Shown: positions 48,501-58,169, numbered from the stretch's first letter. The stretch: DNA of 64,000 nucleotides from an uncultured Eubacteriales bacterium (GCA_964370775.1 CAYJKT010000001.1:89542-153541); one strand, 5' to 3'. Notes: generated from the sequence alone by a model not told the origin. Translations and numbers: made by a program.

Positions 48501-49910
48501 TATCAAAGTAGTTCACATAGATACACAGAGGAGCTTTTTGGTAGAGATAACGTTTTTAAAGCTGGTACTATTGCTACTGTTGCAGATAAAACTGCAATGG
48601 GATATGTAAAAGGTTATATGAACGAGAAAAATAGGATTTTGAGAAAAGCTGAGGAACGCAGGCTTGCGACAGGTTGCACAGGTATAAAAAGAACAACTGG
48701 TCAGCACCCAGGTGGAATGGTTGTTGTGCCAAAAGGTATGGAGATATACGATTTCTGCCCAGTTCAACGACCAGCAAACGACCAAAAATCTCAAAACATA
48801 ACTACTCACTTTGACTTCCATTCAATACATGATACTATTTGTAAACTGGACGAACTAGGGCATGATGTGCCGACTATATATAAATATTTAGAAGACTACA
48901 CTGGTGTGTCTATCAAAAATATATCAATGAGTGACCCAAAAGTTATGTCGCTGTTTACATCAACAGAAGCACTTGGCGTAACTCCAGAGGAGATAGACTC
49001 AAAAACAGGTACGTTCTCATTGCCAGAAGTTGGCACAGGCTTTGTTAGACAAATGCTTATTGAGGCACAGCCTAAGACATTCTCTGACTTATTACAGGTG
49101 TCTGGTTTGTCTCACGGAACAGACGTGTGGCTTGGCAATGCACAAGACTTAATTAAAAACGGAACTTGTACAATATCAGAAGTTATCGGAACGAGGGACA
49201 GCATTATGACTTACCTAATGCTAAAAGGTCTTGACCCTAAAATGGCTTTTAAGATAATGGAGATAACAAGAAAAGGATTGGCAAGCAAATTGCTAACTAA
49301 CGAACATGTTGTGGCAATGCAAGAAAACAATGTGCCACAATGGTACATAGACGCTTGTTTTAAGATTAAATACATGTTCCCAAAAGCCCATGCGGCGGCG
49401 TATATGATTGCTACTTTAAGACTTGGTTGGTACAAAGTTTATAGACCAACAGAATATTACGCGGCATATTTTACTGTTAGAAGCGACGATTTCGACGGTA
49501 TTACAGCCGTTAAAGGCAAGGCTGCTATAGAGCAAAAAATGAAAGACATAGACCAAAAAATCAAGAACAAAGAGGCTACTCCAAAAGAAGAGGGCGAAGT
49601 TGCGACACTTCAAATTATTAACGAAATGCTTGCGAGAAAAATAGAGCTGTTGCCAGTTGATTTATATAAAAGCCATGCAAGCAAATATGTGGTAGAAGAC
49701 GGAAAAATCAGACTACCGTTTTCATCATTACCAGGTGTTGGCGAAAATGCTGCTATCAGCTTGATGGAAGCTAGAGATAGCGACGGCGAATACATAAGCA
49801 TTGATGAACTGCGTGCAAGGGCGAAAGTATCCAGTGCGATTATTGATGTTATGAAAACAGCAGGCATTTTAAACGACTTGCCAGACAGTAGCCAAGTTAG
49901 CTTATTTTAG
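45576..49910 (+). CDS. polC: DNA polymerase III PolC-type (Gram-positive replicative polymerase with 3'-5' exonuclease)
   Basis: 1444 aa; exonuclease motif FICFDLETTGFSP...EIGAVKI; PHP and polymerase core regions. Confidence 0.9.
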   Translation: MKLISAFFEKEISKNNLSENLLKGEIVGLDVNKSTDFVCIDVRFDEFCKYSDIAELAKSLGETLNLKKVIINPKFNKEQFCADCFSSLAEKIKEEDRTINGTFKDSTAELENNILTITLAHGGLIMLKTKKADSKLKALAKQWFDVNIDIKFCGKTSIDNQEESVIEKIRNEQVKAIREAAVEKIELYEKKMELKRTERKISVRTGSNLMPSIIPETVRPVVGNLTKQPIVPIDSISIEDGVVNVWGDIFALESKDTKDKRWKIYSIDITDYTSSVTIKIIQEYDKCKEIDTIKKGDTIVVRGNLKNDKYDREDVLEMRAIGKVEKLEVSDNAMNKRVELHLHTNMSSMDAINQPGELIKRAHSWGHRAVAITDHGVAQAFPEAMNTVNRLKDDDFKVIYGIEAYYVNDLVQAVTGEDDRELDSEFICFDLETTGFSPKSERITEIGAVKIVNGEVTDTFASFVNPQKPISAKITEITGITDAMVKDAPLDLEAVTNFLEFCGDNPVLVAHNASFDMSFINAVCKRENIDFSCTYIDTVTMSRSMLVDLKNAKLNTVAKYLKLGEFNHHRAVDDAKILGEIFKNFLLRLKEDYYINNIKEINSALAGGDPKKLPTNHAIILVKNLVGLKNLYKIVSAGHLNYFFKRPRTPKSFLDKHREGLIIGSACEAGELYKAVMRGDNKTELERIAKYYDYLEIQPVANNMFMVRKGTCTEDDIRGYNRTIVNLGEKLSIPVVATGDVHFLDPKDAAYRKVLMTAQGFKDADEQAPLYLKTTDEMLDEFAYLGKEKAYEVVVENTNKIADMVEKIKPIPDGVFPPFIDGAEEELIRITEERTKEKYGDPLPDIVEKRLKKELTSITKHGFSVLYMTAQKLVADSEAHGYLVGSRGSVGSSFVASMSGISEVNPLEPHYICKSCKYSQFFVEGEYGSGFDLPPKTCPNCGEELDRDGHTIPFETFLGFDGDKTPDIDLNFSGEYQSSSHRYTEELFGRDNVFKAGTIATVADKTAMGYVKGYMNEKNRILRKAEERRLATGCTGIKRTTGQHPGGMVVVPKGMEIYDFCPVQRPANDQKSQNITTHFDFHSIHDTICKLDELGHDVPTIYKYLEDYTGVSIKNISMSDPKVMSLFTSTEALGVTPEEIDSKTGTFSLPEVGTGFVRQMLIEAQPKTFSDLLQVSGLSHGTDVWLGNAQDLIKNGTCTISEVIGTRDSIMTYLMLKGLDPKMAFKIMEITRKGLASKLLTNEHVVAMQENNVPQWYIDACFKIKYMFPKAHAAAYMIATLRLGWYKVYRPTEYYAAYFTVRSDDFDGITAVKGKAAIEQKMKDIDQKIKNKEATPKEEGEVATLQIINEMLARKIELLPVDLYKSHASKYVVEDGKIRLPFSSLPGVGENAAISLMEARDSDGEYISIDELRARAKVSSAIIDVMKTAGILNDLPDSSQVSLF

Positions 49911-49939
49911 TTGACAAAATTGATTTGATGTGTTATCAT
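49911..49939 (+). promoter_or_regulatory. his operon promoter TTGACA-17-TATCAT
   Basis: Immediately after polC stop; about 58-nt leader to hisZ ATG. Confidence 0.55.
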
Positions 49940-49996
49940 ACTATTACTTTACTGCGATAAAATATATAAGGTGGTGCGTGGCATTAATTGCCGACT

Positions 49997-51151
49997 ATGA
50001 AAAAGTTCAACATGCTTACTCCAGAGGGTACAAAAGACGTGCTTTTTGAGGAGTGTCAGTTAAAAAGAAATATTGAAAAACAGCTTAAAGATGTGTTTAC
50101 TCTTAGGTCATATAATGAGGTAAAAACACCGGGTATAGAGTTTTATGATGTGTTTGATATTATACCTCAGCACGAGATGTATAAAAGTACGGACAACAAC
50201 AACAGACTTTTGGTGTTTAGACCAGACTCCACTTTGCCGATTGCAAGAATGGCAGCGACAAGGCTGAAAAAACACAAAGCACCAATTAGACTTTGCTATA
50301 ATCAAGATATTTACAGAAACAGACCAGACCACAGTGGAAGAAGCGACGAGAACACTCAAGCTGGAATTGAGCTTATGGGTGTTAAAGGTTTGAAAGCTGA
50401 CTTAGAGGTTATCACAACAGCTGTTGAAGCGCTAAATAAGTTTGATATTGATTATAGAATAGAAATAGGTCACGCAGCACTTTTTAACGCATTGGTTGAA
50501 AAATTAAATGTGTGCGACACTTTAAAAGAGAATATTAGAGAGACGATTGGTTCTAAGAATTACGCACTGTTAAGCCATATTTTAGAAGACGTAACAGAGA
50601 GTGTGTACTCTAATGCTGTGAAAGATTTACCTACACTTTTTGGTGGTGAAGAAGTGCTTGAAAAAGCTGATGAATTTTGCACAGATAAAGAATTAACAGA
50701 TATTTTGAAATACCTTAAAATGCTATATAAGACTCTATGTGACTTAGGTTTAAAAGAGAGAATTATTTTAGATTTAGGCATGGTTCAACGTAACGAATAT
50801 TACACAGGTTTTGTGTTCTCAGCGTATGTTAAAAACCACGGAAAAGCGATTTTAAGAGGCGGAAGATATGATAATCTTTTAGCTAAATTTAATGGAGATA
50901 TGCCAGCTGTTGGTTTTGCGATTGATGTTGACGAGATTACAGATATTTTACTAAGTGATGAAGCAGTTAAGACATCTGATGTGATTCTATACGCAGAAAA
51001 TGGCGATGAAGTAAAGCTGTTTAATGCTATAAAAGAATATGAGAAAAATGGTAAAGTGAGCGAGGTTTCTTTCTGTGATAGCATGGAAGAAACAGAAAAA
51101 TATGCAAAAGAAAAAGGCATTTTAACAGCAGTGAATGTTAGTACTTTATAA
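49997..51151 (+). CDS. hisZ: ATP phosphoribosyltransferase regulatory subunit (HisRS-like)
   Basis: HisRS-like catalytic core without anticodon-binding domain; precise start uncertain (TTG 49988 / ATG 49997). Confidence 0.8.
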   Translation: MKKFNMLTPEGTKDVLFEECQLKRNIEKQLKDVFTLRSYNEVKTPGIEFYDVFDIIPQHEMYKSTDNNNRLLVFRPDSTLPIARMAATRLKKHKAPIRLCYNQDIYRNRPDHSGRSDENTQAGIELMGVKGLKADLEVITTAVEALNKFDIDYRIEIGHAALFNALVEKLNVCDTLKENIRETIGSKNYALLSHILEDVTESVYSNAVKDLPTLFGGEEVLEKADEFCTDKELTDILKYLKMLYKTLCDLGLKERIILDLGMVQRNEYYTGFVFSAYVKNHGKAILRGGRYDNLLAKFNGDMPAVGFAIDVDEITDILLSDEAVKTSDVILYAENGDEVKLFNAIKEYEKNGKVSEVSFCDSMEETEKYAKEKGILTAVNVSTL

Positions 51152-51166
51152 GAACGGAGTTAGTGT

Positions 51167-51802
51167 ATGAAAACGCTTAGAATAGCACTTACAAAAGGCA
51201 GATTAGAAAAAGATTCTGTTAAACTTTTTGAGAACTGTGGAATAGAGTGTAGTGCATTAAAAGATAAAGGAAGAAAATTGATTTTTCCTATAAATAATGG
51301 TAAAATAGAAGTAGTTTTAGCAAAGGCACCAGACGTTATTACTTATGTAGAAAATGGTGTGTGCGATTTAGGCATTGTTGGCAAAGATACTATCATGGAA
51401 AACGGTAGCTATTTTTACGAGATAATGGATTTAGGCTTTGGTAAATGCAAATTCGCACTTGCCGGGCAAAAAGATAAAGATTTTTATAATGGATACAGAG
51501 CAAAAGTGGTTGCGTCTAAATACCCAAAAGTTACTAAGCAATACTTTGAGGGCAAAGACATGGACGTAAAAGTTATTAAAATCGAGGGTTCTGTGGAACT
51601 TGCGCCACTTGTTGGACTAGCAGATGGAATTGTTGACATTGTAGAGACAGGCTCTACATTAAAAGAAAATGGGCTAGAAGTTAAAGAAGATATAGCATAT
51701 ATCAGTGCTAGGTTGATTGCTAACCAAGCGAGTTTGAAAATGAGAAAAGAAGAGATAGAGAGCCTAGTTAATTCTATGAAAGGGGTTATACAAGATGATT
51801 GA
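51167..51802 (+). CDS. hisG: ATP phosphoribosyltransferase, short form
   Basis: 211 aa; MKTLRIALTKGRL. Confidence 0.9.
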   Translation: MKTLRIALTKGRLEKDSVKLFENCGIECSALKDKGRKLIFPINNGKIEVVLAKAPDVITYVENGVCDLGIVGKDTIMENGSYFYEIMDLGFGKCKFALAGQKDKDFYNGYRAKVVASKYPKVTKQYFEGKDMDVKVIKIEGSVELAPLVGLADGIVDIVETGSTLKENGLEVKEDIAYISARLIANQASLKMRKEEIESLVNSMKGVIQDD

Positions 51803-53087
51803 AATAGTAAAAGGTAGCAGAGATTACTTAGAGAGTTTTATTGTCGACCTTAAAAATAGAATAGGGGATAACGACAGAAAAGTAGACGGAGCAGTTGCCG
51901 AAATATTAAAAAATGTATACACAAATGGAGACAGCGCTGTTAAAGAATATAGCGAAAAATTCGACGGTTGGTGCCCAGAGAAATTAGAGCTTAGTAAAGA
52001 AGAAATTGCAGAACTAGCTGCTGAAAGTAAACCAGAATTTGTTGAAGCTTTAAAAAGAGCTGCTGAAAATATATATGATTATCATGCTAGACAAAAACAG
52101 CAATCAAGAATAGATACAAAGTCAAACGGAATCATAACTGGGCAAAGAGTGCGTGGTTTACATAAAGTTGGCGTGTATGTTCCTGGTGGAACAGCTGCGT
52201 ATCCGTCCACTGTTTTAATGAACGTTATACCTGCAAAAATCGCAGAAGTTGGCGAAATTATCATGACTACTCCTCCTGGAATAAACGGAAAAATCAACCC
52301 AGATATCATGGCTGCTGCTATGGTGGCTGGTGTGGATAGAGTATTTTTAATGGGTGGTGCACAATCTGTGGCAGCACTTGCTTATGGAACTGAAAGTGTA
52401 CCGAAAGTTGATAAAATCGTTGGACCTGGTAACATATTTGTTGCTACTGCAAAAAAACAATTATACGGAACTGTAGACATTGACATGATAGCAGGACCTA
52501 GCGAAGTTTTGATTATTGCAGATAAAAATGCGAACCCAAAATACTTAGCAGCTGATTTAATGAGCCAAGCAGAACACGATGCTATGGCAAGTTCTGTTTT
52601 AATTACAGACTGCGAAGAAATTGCTGTAAAAACTAAAGAAGAACTGATAAGACAACTTGCGACACTAGAGAGAAGCGAGATTATAGAAAAAGCATTAAAA
52701 GGTTTTGGAGCTATAATTGTGTGCGATAATCTTGAAGAAGCTGTTGATTTTGCTAACGATTTAGCACCTGAACACCTAGAAGTATGCTGTGATAATCCGT
52801 TAGAATATATAGGTAAGTTAGACAACGCAGGCTCTGTATTTTTGGGAGATTACTCGCCAGAACCATTAGGCGATTATTATGCTGGTGCAAACCATGTTTT
52901 ACCAACAAATGGTACAGCGAGATTTTTCTCTCCACTTTCAGTTGATAACTTCATAAAAAAATCAAGCTTTATATATTACCCTAAAAAAGAGCTATTGAGT
53001 GTAGCAGATGATATAATTGTGTTAGCTGAGACAGAGGGTCTTACAGCTCATGCAAATTCGATAAAGGTAAGAAAAGAAGATGTATAA
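51795..53087 (+). CDS. hisD: histidinol dehydrogenase
   Basis: 430 aa; conserved HisD motifs (GPGNIFVATAKK, SQAEHD). Confidence 0.9.
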   Translation: MIEIVKGSRDYLESFIVDLKNRIGDNDRKVDGAVAEILKNVYTNGDSAVKEYSEKFDGWCPEKLELSKEEIAELAAESKPEFVEALKRAAENIYDYHARQKQQSRIDTKSNGIITGQRVRGLHKVGVYVPGGTAAYPSTVLMNVIPAKIAEVGEIIMTTPPGINGKINPDIMAAAMVAGVDRVFLMGGAQSVAALAYGTESVPKVDKIVGPGNIFVATAKKQLYGTVDIDMIAGPSEVLIIADKNANPKYLAADLMSQAEHDAMASSVLITDCEEIAVKTKEELIRQLATLERSEIIEKALKGFGAIIVCDNLEEAVDFANDLAPEHLEVCCDNPLEYIGKLDNAGSVFLGDYSPEPLGDYYAGANHVLPTNGTARFFSPLSVDNFIKKSSFIYYPKKELLSVADDIIVLAETEGLTAHANSIKVRKEDV

Positions 53088-54129
53088 ATTAAATGACAAA
53101 ATCAAAAATTTAACTCCGTATATACCACTAAAAGACGAGTACGATATTAGACTTGATGCTAACGAGAGCTTTGTTAAATTACCTAATTATATTTTGGACA
53201 AAGTAGATGATGAACTTAGTAAGTTAAAACTTAATAGATACCCAGACCCTGCTGCGATAGAACTTTGCACGTCTTTTGGAAAATACTATGGTTTTGACAA
53301 AGAAAATATTGTAGCTGGCAATGGGTCAGACGAGTTAATCTTTGTTATAATGTCTGGTTTTTTAATGAAAAACGACACTTTCGCAGTGTTTGAAAAAGAC
53401 TTTTCTATGTATGAGTTTTACGGTTCACTAAGTGAGTGCAACAAGCTTGTTATTAGCAAGAACGACGACTTTACTGTGGACTATAAAATGGCTACACAGC
53501 AGTGCTTGGATAACAAAGTAGACTTGCTGATTTTTAGCAATCCGTGCAATCCAACATCACAGGGTATGACTTGTGATGAAGTTTGCTATATGGCTGAAAA
53601 GTTAGAAGACACACTAGTGATTGTAGACGAAGCATATATGGAGTTCTGGAATCAATCAGTGCTTGATAAAGTTTTGGATTACCCTAATGTTTTGGTGCTT
53701 AAAACTTGTTCAAAAGCCTTTGGTATGGCAGGTCTTAGAGTAGGATTTGCAGTTGGTAACGAAAGCCTAATAACTGCGATTAAATCGATAAAATCTCCGT
53801 ACAATCTTAATGCGATGTCACAGGCGTATGCAAAAACAGTGCTTGAACACAAAAAAGAGTGCGAGAGTGCAATATGCTCAATTATTAACTCAAAAAACAC
53901 TTTGTTTGACATGCTAAAAGAGCTAGAAAATGATGATATAAAAGTGTTAGACAGCAAAACAAACTTTATTGTGGTTAAAACTAATTTAGCAACTGGTATA
54001 TATAAATATTTGCTAGAAAACGGAATAGCTATTCGTTGTTTTGGCGATTTTCTAAGAATAACAGCAGGTACAGAGGAAGAAAATTTAACAACTGTGAACT
54101 GCATAAAAAAATATCTAGGCACTGTGTAA
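53080..54129 (+). CDS. hisC: histidinol-phosphate aminotransferase
   Basis: 349 aa class-II aminotransferase; LKTCSKAFGMAGLRVG PLP-lysine region. Confidence 0.85.
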   Translation: MYKLNDKIKNLTPYIPLKDEYDIRLDANESFVKLPNYILDKVDDELSKLKLNRYPDPAAIELCTSFGKYYGFDKENIVAGNGSDELIFVIMSGFLMKNDTFAVFEKDFSMYEFYGSLSECNKLVISKNDDFTVDYKMATQQCLDNKVDLLIFSNPCNPTSQGMTCDEVCYMAEKLEDTLVIVDEAYMEFWNQSVLDKVLDYPNVLVLKTCSKAFGMAGLRVGFAVGNESLITAIKSIKSPYNLNAMSQAYAKTVLEHKKECESAICSIINSKNTLFDMLKELENDDIKVLDSKTNFIVVKTNLATGIYKYLLENGIAIRCFGDFLRITAGTEEENLTTVNCIKKYLGTV

Positions 54130-54141
54130 AGGAGTGGAAAA

Positions 54142-54729
54142 ATGGCTAGAATAGCAAGTGTGAAAAGAGAAACAAAAGAGACAAAAATTGACTTAGAGAT
54201 TAATTTGGACGGTGGCGAAGTAGCTATAGAAACTGGTGTTGGTTTTTTTGACCACATGCTAAATAGCTTTGCACACCACGCAGGTTTTGGATTAAAACTA
54301 AAAGCAGTGGGAGATTTACACGTTGATTGTCACCACACTGTTGAAGACGTTGGAATTGTGCTTGGCCAGGCTGTAAAAAAAGCACTTGGAGACAACAAAG
54401 GAATAAAAAGATTTGGCACAGCGTTTATACCAATGGACGAAGCGTTAGCGTTTTGTTCTATAGATGTATGTTTTAGAGCATTCTTGGTGTTTAATGCTGA
54501 ATTTCCACAAGAGAGAATTGGAGATTACGACAGTTGCATGACAGAGGAATTTTTTAGAGCATTTGCAGAAAACAGTGGTATTTGTGTGCATGTAAAAAGC
54601 GAGTACGGCAAAAATTCTCACCACATAACAGAGGCAATGTTTAAAGCCTTAGCGTATTCTATGAAAACAGCCGTTAGCCTAAACGAGAACGGAGAAGTAG
54701 TGTCCACCAAGGGAACACTTTCGATATAA
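54142..54729 (+). CDS. hisB: imidazoleglycerol-phosphate dehydratase
   Basis: 195 aa; [15 protein letters not shown]. Confidence 0.9.
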   Translation: MARIASVKRETKETKIDLEINLDGGEVAIETGVGFFDHMLNSFAHHAGFGLKLKAVGDLHVDCHHTVEDVGIVLGQAVKKALGDNKGIKRFGTAFIPMDEALAFCSIDVCFRAFLVFNAEFPQERIGDYDSCMTEEFFRAFAENSGICVHVKSEYGKNSHHITEAMFKALAYSMKTAVSLNENGEVVSTKGTLSI

Positions 54730-54739
54730 AGGAGATATT

Positions 54740-55807
54740 ATGATAATTTTACCGGCTATAGATATAAAAGACGGAAACTGCGTAAGATTGCTTAGAGGCG
54801 ACTATGCTACAGCTCACAAAGTGGCAGAAGACCCACTAAAAACCGCTGAGAAATTTGAAAACAGTGGAGCTAGATGGATTCATTTAGTTGACTTAGACGG
54901 AGCAAAAGCAAGAAAACCAATTAACTATAATATAGTTTTAAGAATATTAGAACACACTAACTTAAAAGTGGAAATCGGTGGCGGTATTCGTGATATGGCT
55001 ACTATTGAATTCTATTTAAACAAGGGTGTTAGCAGAATTATTTTGGGTTCGGCTGCTTTAAATGACCCAAACTTTGTTAGAGAAGCAGTTAAGAGATACG
55101 ACAAAAAAATTGCAGTTGGAATTGACGCACTAGACGGAAAAGTTGCAGCAGAGGGTTGGACACAAACTAGCACTGTTGACTATCTAGACTTTGCAAAAGA
55201 GATGGAGCAAACTGGTGTTAAGCATTTGATTGTAACTGATATTTCTAAAGATGGAACACTAGAAGGCCCTAATTTAGCTATGCTAGATAAAATCAACAGA
55301 GCAGTTTCTTGTAATGTTATTGCAAGTGGAGGTGTTAGTAGCATTGTTGACATTATCAACCTTTATAACCTAGATTTATATGGTGCGATTGCAGGTAAAA
55401 GCTTGTACACAGGCGACCTTGACTTGCAACAAGCAGTGGAGCTTTCTCAAAAAATATCTGGTGGAGTTAAGGATAGATACGAGGACGAAGTTGAGAGATA
55501 CTTTACAAAATCAGAGCTTCTTCCTACTATTATTCAAGAAAATTCTACTGGTGAAGTTTTGATGATGGCATACATGAACCCTACTTCATTAAGAAAAACT
55601 TTCGAGACAGGTTACACTTGGTTTTATAGTCGTTCAAGACGTGAACTTTGGAACAAAGGTGCGACATCAGGCAATGTGCAAAAAGTTGTTAGTATTCATG
55701 CAGATTGTGATGATGATACGCTTCTTATTAAAGTTGACCAAACAGGACCTGCGTGTCACACTGGAAAAAAAAGCTGTTTTTACAAGGAGTTAGTGAATAA
55801 TGATTGA
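54740..55807 (+). CDS. hisA: fusion protein: ProFAR isomerase (HisA, aa 1-240) + phosphoribosyl-AMP cyclohydrolase (HisI, aa 255-355)
   Basis: N-term [22 protein letters not shown]...LVDLDGA...SGGV (HisA); C-term [57 protein letters not shown]...[26 protein letters not shown] (HisI). Confidence 0.85.
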   Translation: MIILPAIDIKDGNCVRLLRGDYATAHKVAEDPLKTAEKFENSGARWIHLVDLDGAKARKPINYNIVLRILEHTNLKVEIGGGIRDMATIEFYLNKGVSRIILGSAALNDPNFVREAVKRYDKKIAVGIDALDGKVAAEGWTQTSTVDYLDFAKEMEQTGVKHLIVTDISKDGTLEGPNLAMLDKINRAVSCNVIASGGVSSIVDIINLYNLDLYGAIAGKSLYTGDLDLQQAVELSQKISGGVKDRYEDEVERYFTKSELLPTIIQENSTGEVLMMAYMNPTSLRKTFETGYTWFYSRSRRELWNKGATSGNVQKVVSIHADCDDDTLLIKVDQTGPACHTGKKSCFYKELVNND

Positions 55808-56126
55808 TATATTAAGAGCTGAGTATGAGACTATTTTGAAAAGAAAAACAGATAAACAAGAGGGTTCATACACTTGTTATCTGCTAGACAAAGGCGCTGA
55901 TAAAATTCTTAAAAAATGTGGAGAAGAGTGTAGCGAGGTTATTATTGCAGCGAAAAATAAGGATAATGCTGAACTTTGTGGCGAGATAAGCGACTTGCTT
56001 TATCATCTGACTGTTCTTATGGTGAACGAGGGTTTAACTATAGAAGAGTTAGAGAACGAATATATTAAAAGAAATGCAAAAGAGGGTAACCTAAAGCAGT
56101 TTCACGAGGTTGACAAAAACACATGA
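55800..56126 (+). CDS. hisE: phosphoribosyl-ATP pyrophosphatase
   Basis: 108 aa MazG-like; [12 protein letters not shown]...[17 protein letters not shown]. Confidence 0.8.
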   Translation: MIDILRAEYETILKRKTDKQEGSYTCYLLDKGADKILKKCGEECSEVIIAAKNKDNAELCGEISDLLYHLTVLMVNEGLTIEELENEYIKRNAKEGNLKQFHEVDKNT

Positions 56127-56566
56127 TAAAAAAAGACTGGGACTTAAAACAGACTATCAAAAACTTTTTAAAGCCTAGCACTCGCTTGTTATATGTGGGT
56201 GAAAATAAAGCTATGATTTATTCGCTAAATCATAGCTATTCTTTAACTGGTTTTAATGATGAAAACACAGATAATATATACGATGTTGTGGTGTATGACA
56301 GTGTGAAATACGACATACAAAAAGTTAGCACATTACTTGCAGATAAAGGACATTTAATCACTGTTCAAAATGGAAGTGAACATGACATTATGCTTGATAA
56401 ATCTGATATTATCAACACCTTTAACCTTGAAAATGAGGCAGAAAAGTTAAGTAAAAGTGGGTATAGTATTGTTAGATGTAATCAAAAATATAAAGATGAA
56501 ATAGTGGGGAATACTATTAAAAGAGAACACAAATTTTTTATTCTAGCAAAAAAATACCGACAATAA
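56123..56566 (+). CDS. hypothetical protein translationally coupled to hisE (ATGA overlap)
   Basis: 147 aa, no recognisable motifs. Confidence 0.4.
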   Translation: MIKKDWDLKQTIKNFLKPSTRLLYVGENKAMIYSLNHSYSLTGFNDENTDNIYDVVVYDSVKYDIQKVSTLLADKGHLITVQNGSEHDIMLDKSDIINTFNLENEAEKLSKSGYSIVRCNQKYKDEIVGNTIKREHKFFILAKKYRQ

Positions 56567-56605
56567 TTGGGCGTGAGTTAATGTGAAGATGACATTAGCT
56601 CACGT

Positions 56606-56785
56606 TTATTTAATATTAGGGTTTTCGTTCATATTTTCTATCGCATATTCAATGCACCTATTAATAAATTCGCTACGGTTTGTGCCGTATTCAGCACAGC
56701 GAATATCTATTTCTTTCAGCCTATCTACATCAATTCTTATTGTGATAGGTTCTTTTTTATAAGGTTTTGGTATAAAGTTATTCAT
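56606..56785 (-). CDS. CopG/ribbon-helix-helix family DNA-binding protein (59 aa; below ORF-track length cut-off)
   Basis: Translation MNNFIPKPYKKEPITIRIDVDRLKEIDIRCAEYGTNRSEFINRCIEYAIENMNENPNIK: beta-strand ITIRID followed by NRSEFI..CIEYAI helices typical of RHH; RBS GAGAGGTG 7 nt upstream. Confidence 0.55.
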   Translation of the reverse strand: MNNFIPKPYKKEPITIRIDVDRLKEIDIRCAEYGTNRSEFINRCIEYAIENMNENPNIK

Positions 56786-56836
56786 AAATTCACCTCTCTT
56801 GACATTATTGTATGTTATATTGTGTGTTTAATATAG

Positions 56837-56851
56837 ATGACAAATTGTCAT
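56837..56851. promoter_or_regulatory. 7-1-7 palindrome ATGACAA-A-TTGTCAT upstream of RHH gene (candidate RHH operator) with TTGACA at 56799
   Basis: Perfect inverted repeat about 50 nt upstream of RHH start in 224-bp divergent intergenic region. Confidence 0.4.
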
Positions 56852-57009
56852 ACAAAATACTATAAAGATAATTAGTTTAAAAGTGGATATTAATTGTCAA
56901 GCAATATAGATTATATTATAAACTAAATAAATTTGTAAAAAACGGTAGAAGAGTAAATCGTTTTATGGTAATATAATTTTATATAAAAAATTTTATGGAG
57001 GGAAGAACT

Positions 57010-57195
57010 ATGTCAAAAGTAACAGTAAAAGCTGGAATATGCAATTTTGTTGCAATGATTGACGCTGTAAAAAACGAAGACACAGAGATGATAGACGTTA
57101 AATTTAGAACTACATGCCCTAACTTCAAGCACCTAGAAGAAGAGGAAATTGAGATTGATGCGCTTGTAGCTTGTTATTTTTTCACTTATATATAA
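57010..57195 (+). CDS. hypothetical small protein (61 aa, three Cys)
   Basis: Strong RBS GGAGGGAAG 7 nt upstream of MSKVTVK; 3' end overlaps convergent gene by 14 nt. Confidence 0.3.
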   Translation: MSKVTVKAGICNFVAMIDAVKNEDTEMIDVKFRTTCPNFKHLEEEEIEIDALVACYFFTYI

Positions 57196-57586
57196 TAAGA
57201 GGATTAATTTTTTTTAACGTCGATATGAAGTCATCGTTATTTTGTAACGAAATCATAACTTCTTGAAGATATGATTCATTGTCTATATATGTTATTTTAA
57301 GTCTATCCAAAGATGTAGCGAAGCTTTGTCTTGGGTCTACCGATTTTTCTATGGATTCAATTTTACTGATATCTATATTCTTATTGTTAATACCTATTTT
57401 TATAATAAGTATATTATCTGAAATAGTAACAAAGTTAGGTAACGTCCAAATAAGTTGAAAAACAATACCCAAAAAACAAAATATCATAACAAATATATCT
57501 TTGGCAATACACCCATATATTAACAAAAATAAGAGGAATATTAATACTACTGGAATAAACGAACCGATTTTACCTTTAAACTTCAT
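57182..57586 (-). CDS. membrane protein with two N-terminal TM helices and bacterial PH-like (YdbS-type) C-terminal domain
   Basis: Hydrophobic hairpin then ILIIKIGINNKNIDISKIESIEK... beta-rich domain. Confidence 0.4.
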   Translation of the reverse strand: MKFKGKIGSFIPVVLIFLLFLLIYGCIAKDIFVMIFCFLGIVFQLIWTLPNFVTISDNILIIKIGINNKNIDISKIESIEKSVDPRQSFATSLDRLKITYIDNESYLQEVMISLQNNDDFISTLKKINPLIIYK

Positions 57587-57600
57587 GTGAAATCACACCT

Positions 57601-57930
57601 TTAGATTATTTCAATTTCAGAAAAAACAATATCAATAGCTCTTTTTAGCAAATCGCTAGGAAGTGTCTCGGCAACTTTATACTGTCGCGCTGATAAATCC
57701 AGTGCTTTTACGTGTTCACAAAGAATAACCCCAGTAGTAACAGTTCTCTCATCAAGTGGAATGTGTAGAGGGAAATTATTATTTGTGTTTGTAATAGGGC
57801 ATACAATGGTTAAATTTGTCTTTTGATTAAAAAAGTTATTACTTAGTACAACTGCTGGTCTATATCCTGCCTGTTCATGACCTGACTGAGGGTTAAAGTT
57901 CACTTTAATTATATCGCCTTGTTTTACCAT
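57601..57930 (-). CDS. mazF: type II toxin-antitoxin system toxin, MazF/PemK family endoribonuclease
   Basis: MVKQGDIIKVNFNPQSGHEQAGYRPAVVLS...VCPITN canonical PemK/MazF. Confidence 0.85.
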   Translation of the reverse strand: MVKQGDIIKVNFNPQSGHEQAGYRPAVVLSNNFFNQKTNLTIVCPITNTNNNFPLHIPLDERTVTTGVILCEHVKALDLSARQYKVAETLPSDLLKRAIDIVFSEIEII

Positions 57931-58169
57931 ACTTCATCACCAACTGGTTCGCCCCAATCAACATTTTGAGGAGTATATTCGCCGTCAAAATTCGCAAAAA
58001 GTTCTTTAATATTTTTGCGTTCTTTGTGGACTACTTTTTCAATTACTAGTTTGCCATTTTGAGCAGTTATTTCAATTTCTTCGTTTTCATTCCACTTTAT
58101 AGAATCAAGCAAATGTTTTGGTAAACGAATACCTTGAGAATTACCCCATTTTTGAATATTAGTAGTCAT
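57924..58169 (-). CDS. mazE: antitoxin MazE/PemI (SpoVT/AbrB-type)
   Basis: MTTNIQKWGNSQGIRLPKHLLDSI swapped-hairpin AbrB motif; overlaps mazF start; start after AAAGGA RBS. Confidence 0.75.
   Translation of the reverse strand: MTTNIQKWGNSQGIRLPKHLLDSIKWNENEEIEITAQNGKLVIEKVVHKERKNIKELFANFDGEYTPQNVDWGEPVGDEVW

Noticed and set aside
49940-49996. T-box or attenuator leader for the his operon
   Set aside because: Leader about 58 nt from a good TTGACA-17-TATCAT promoter; too short for a T-box and no leader peptide with His codons.
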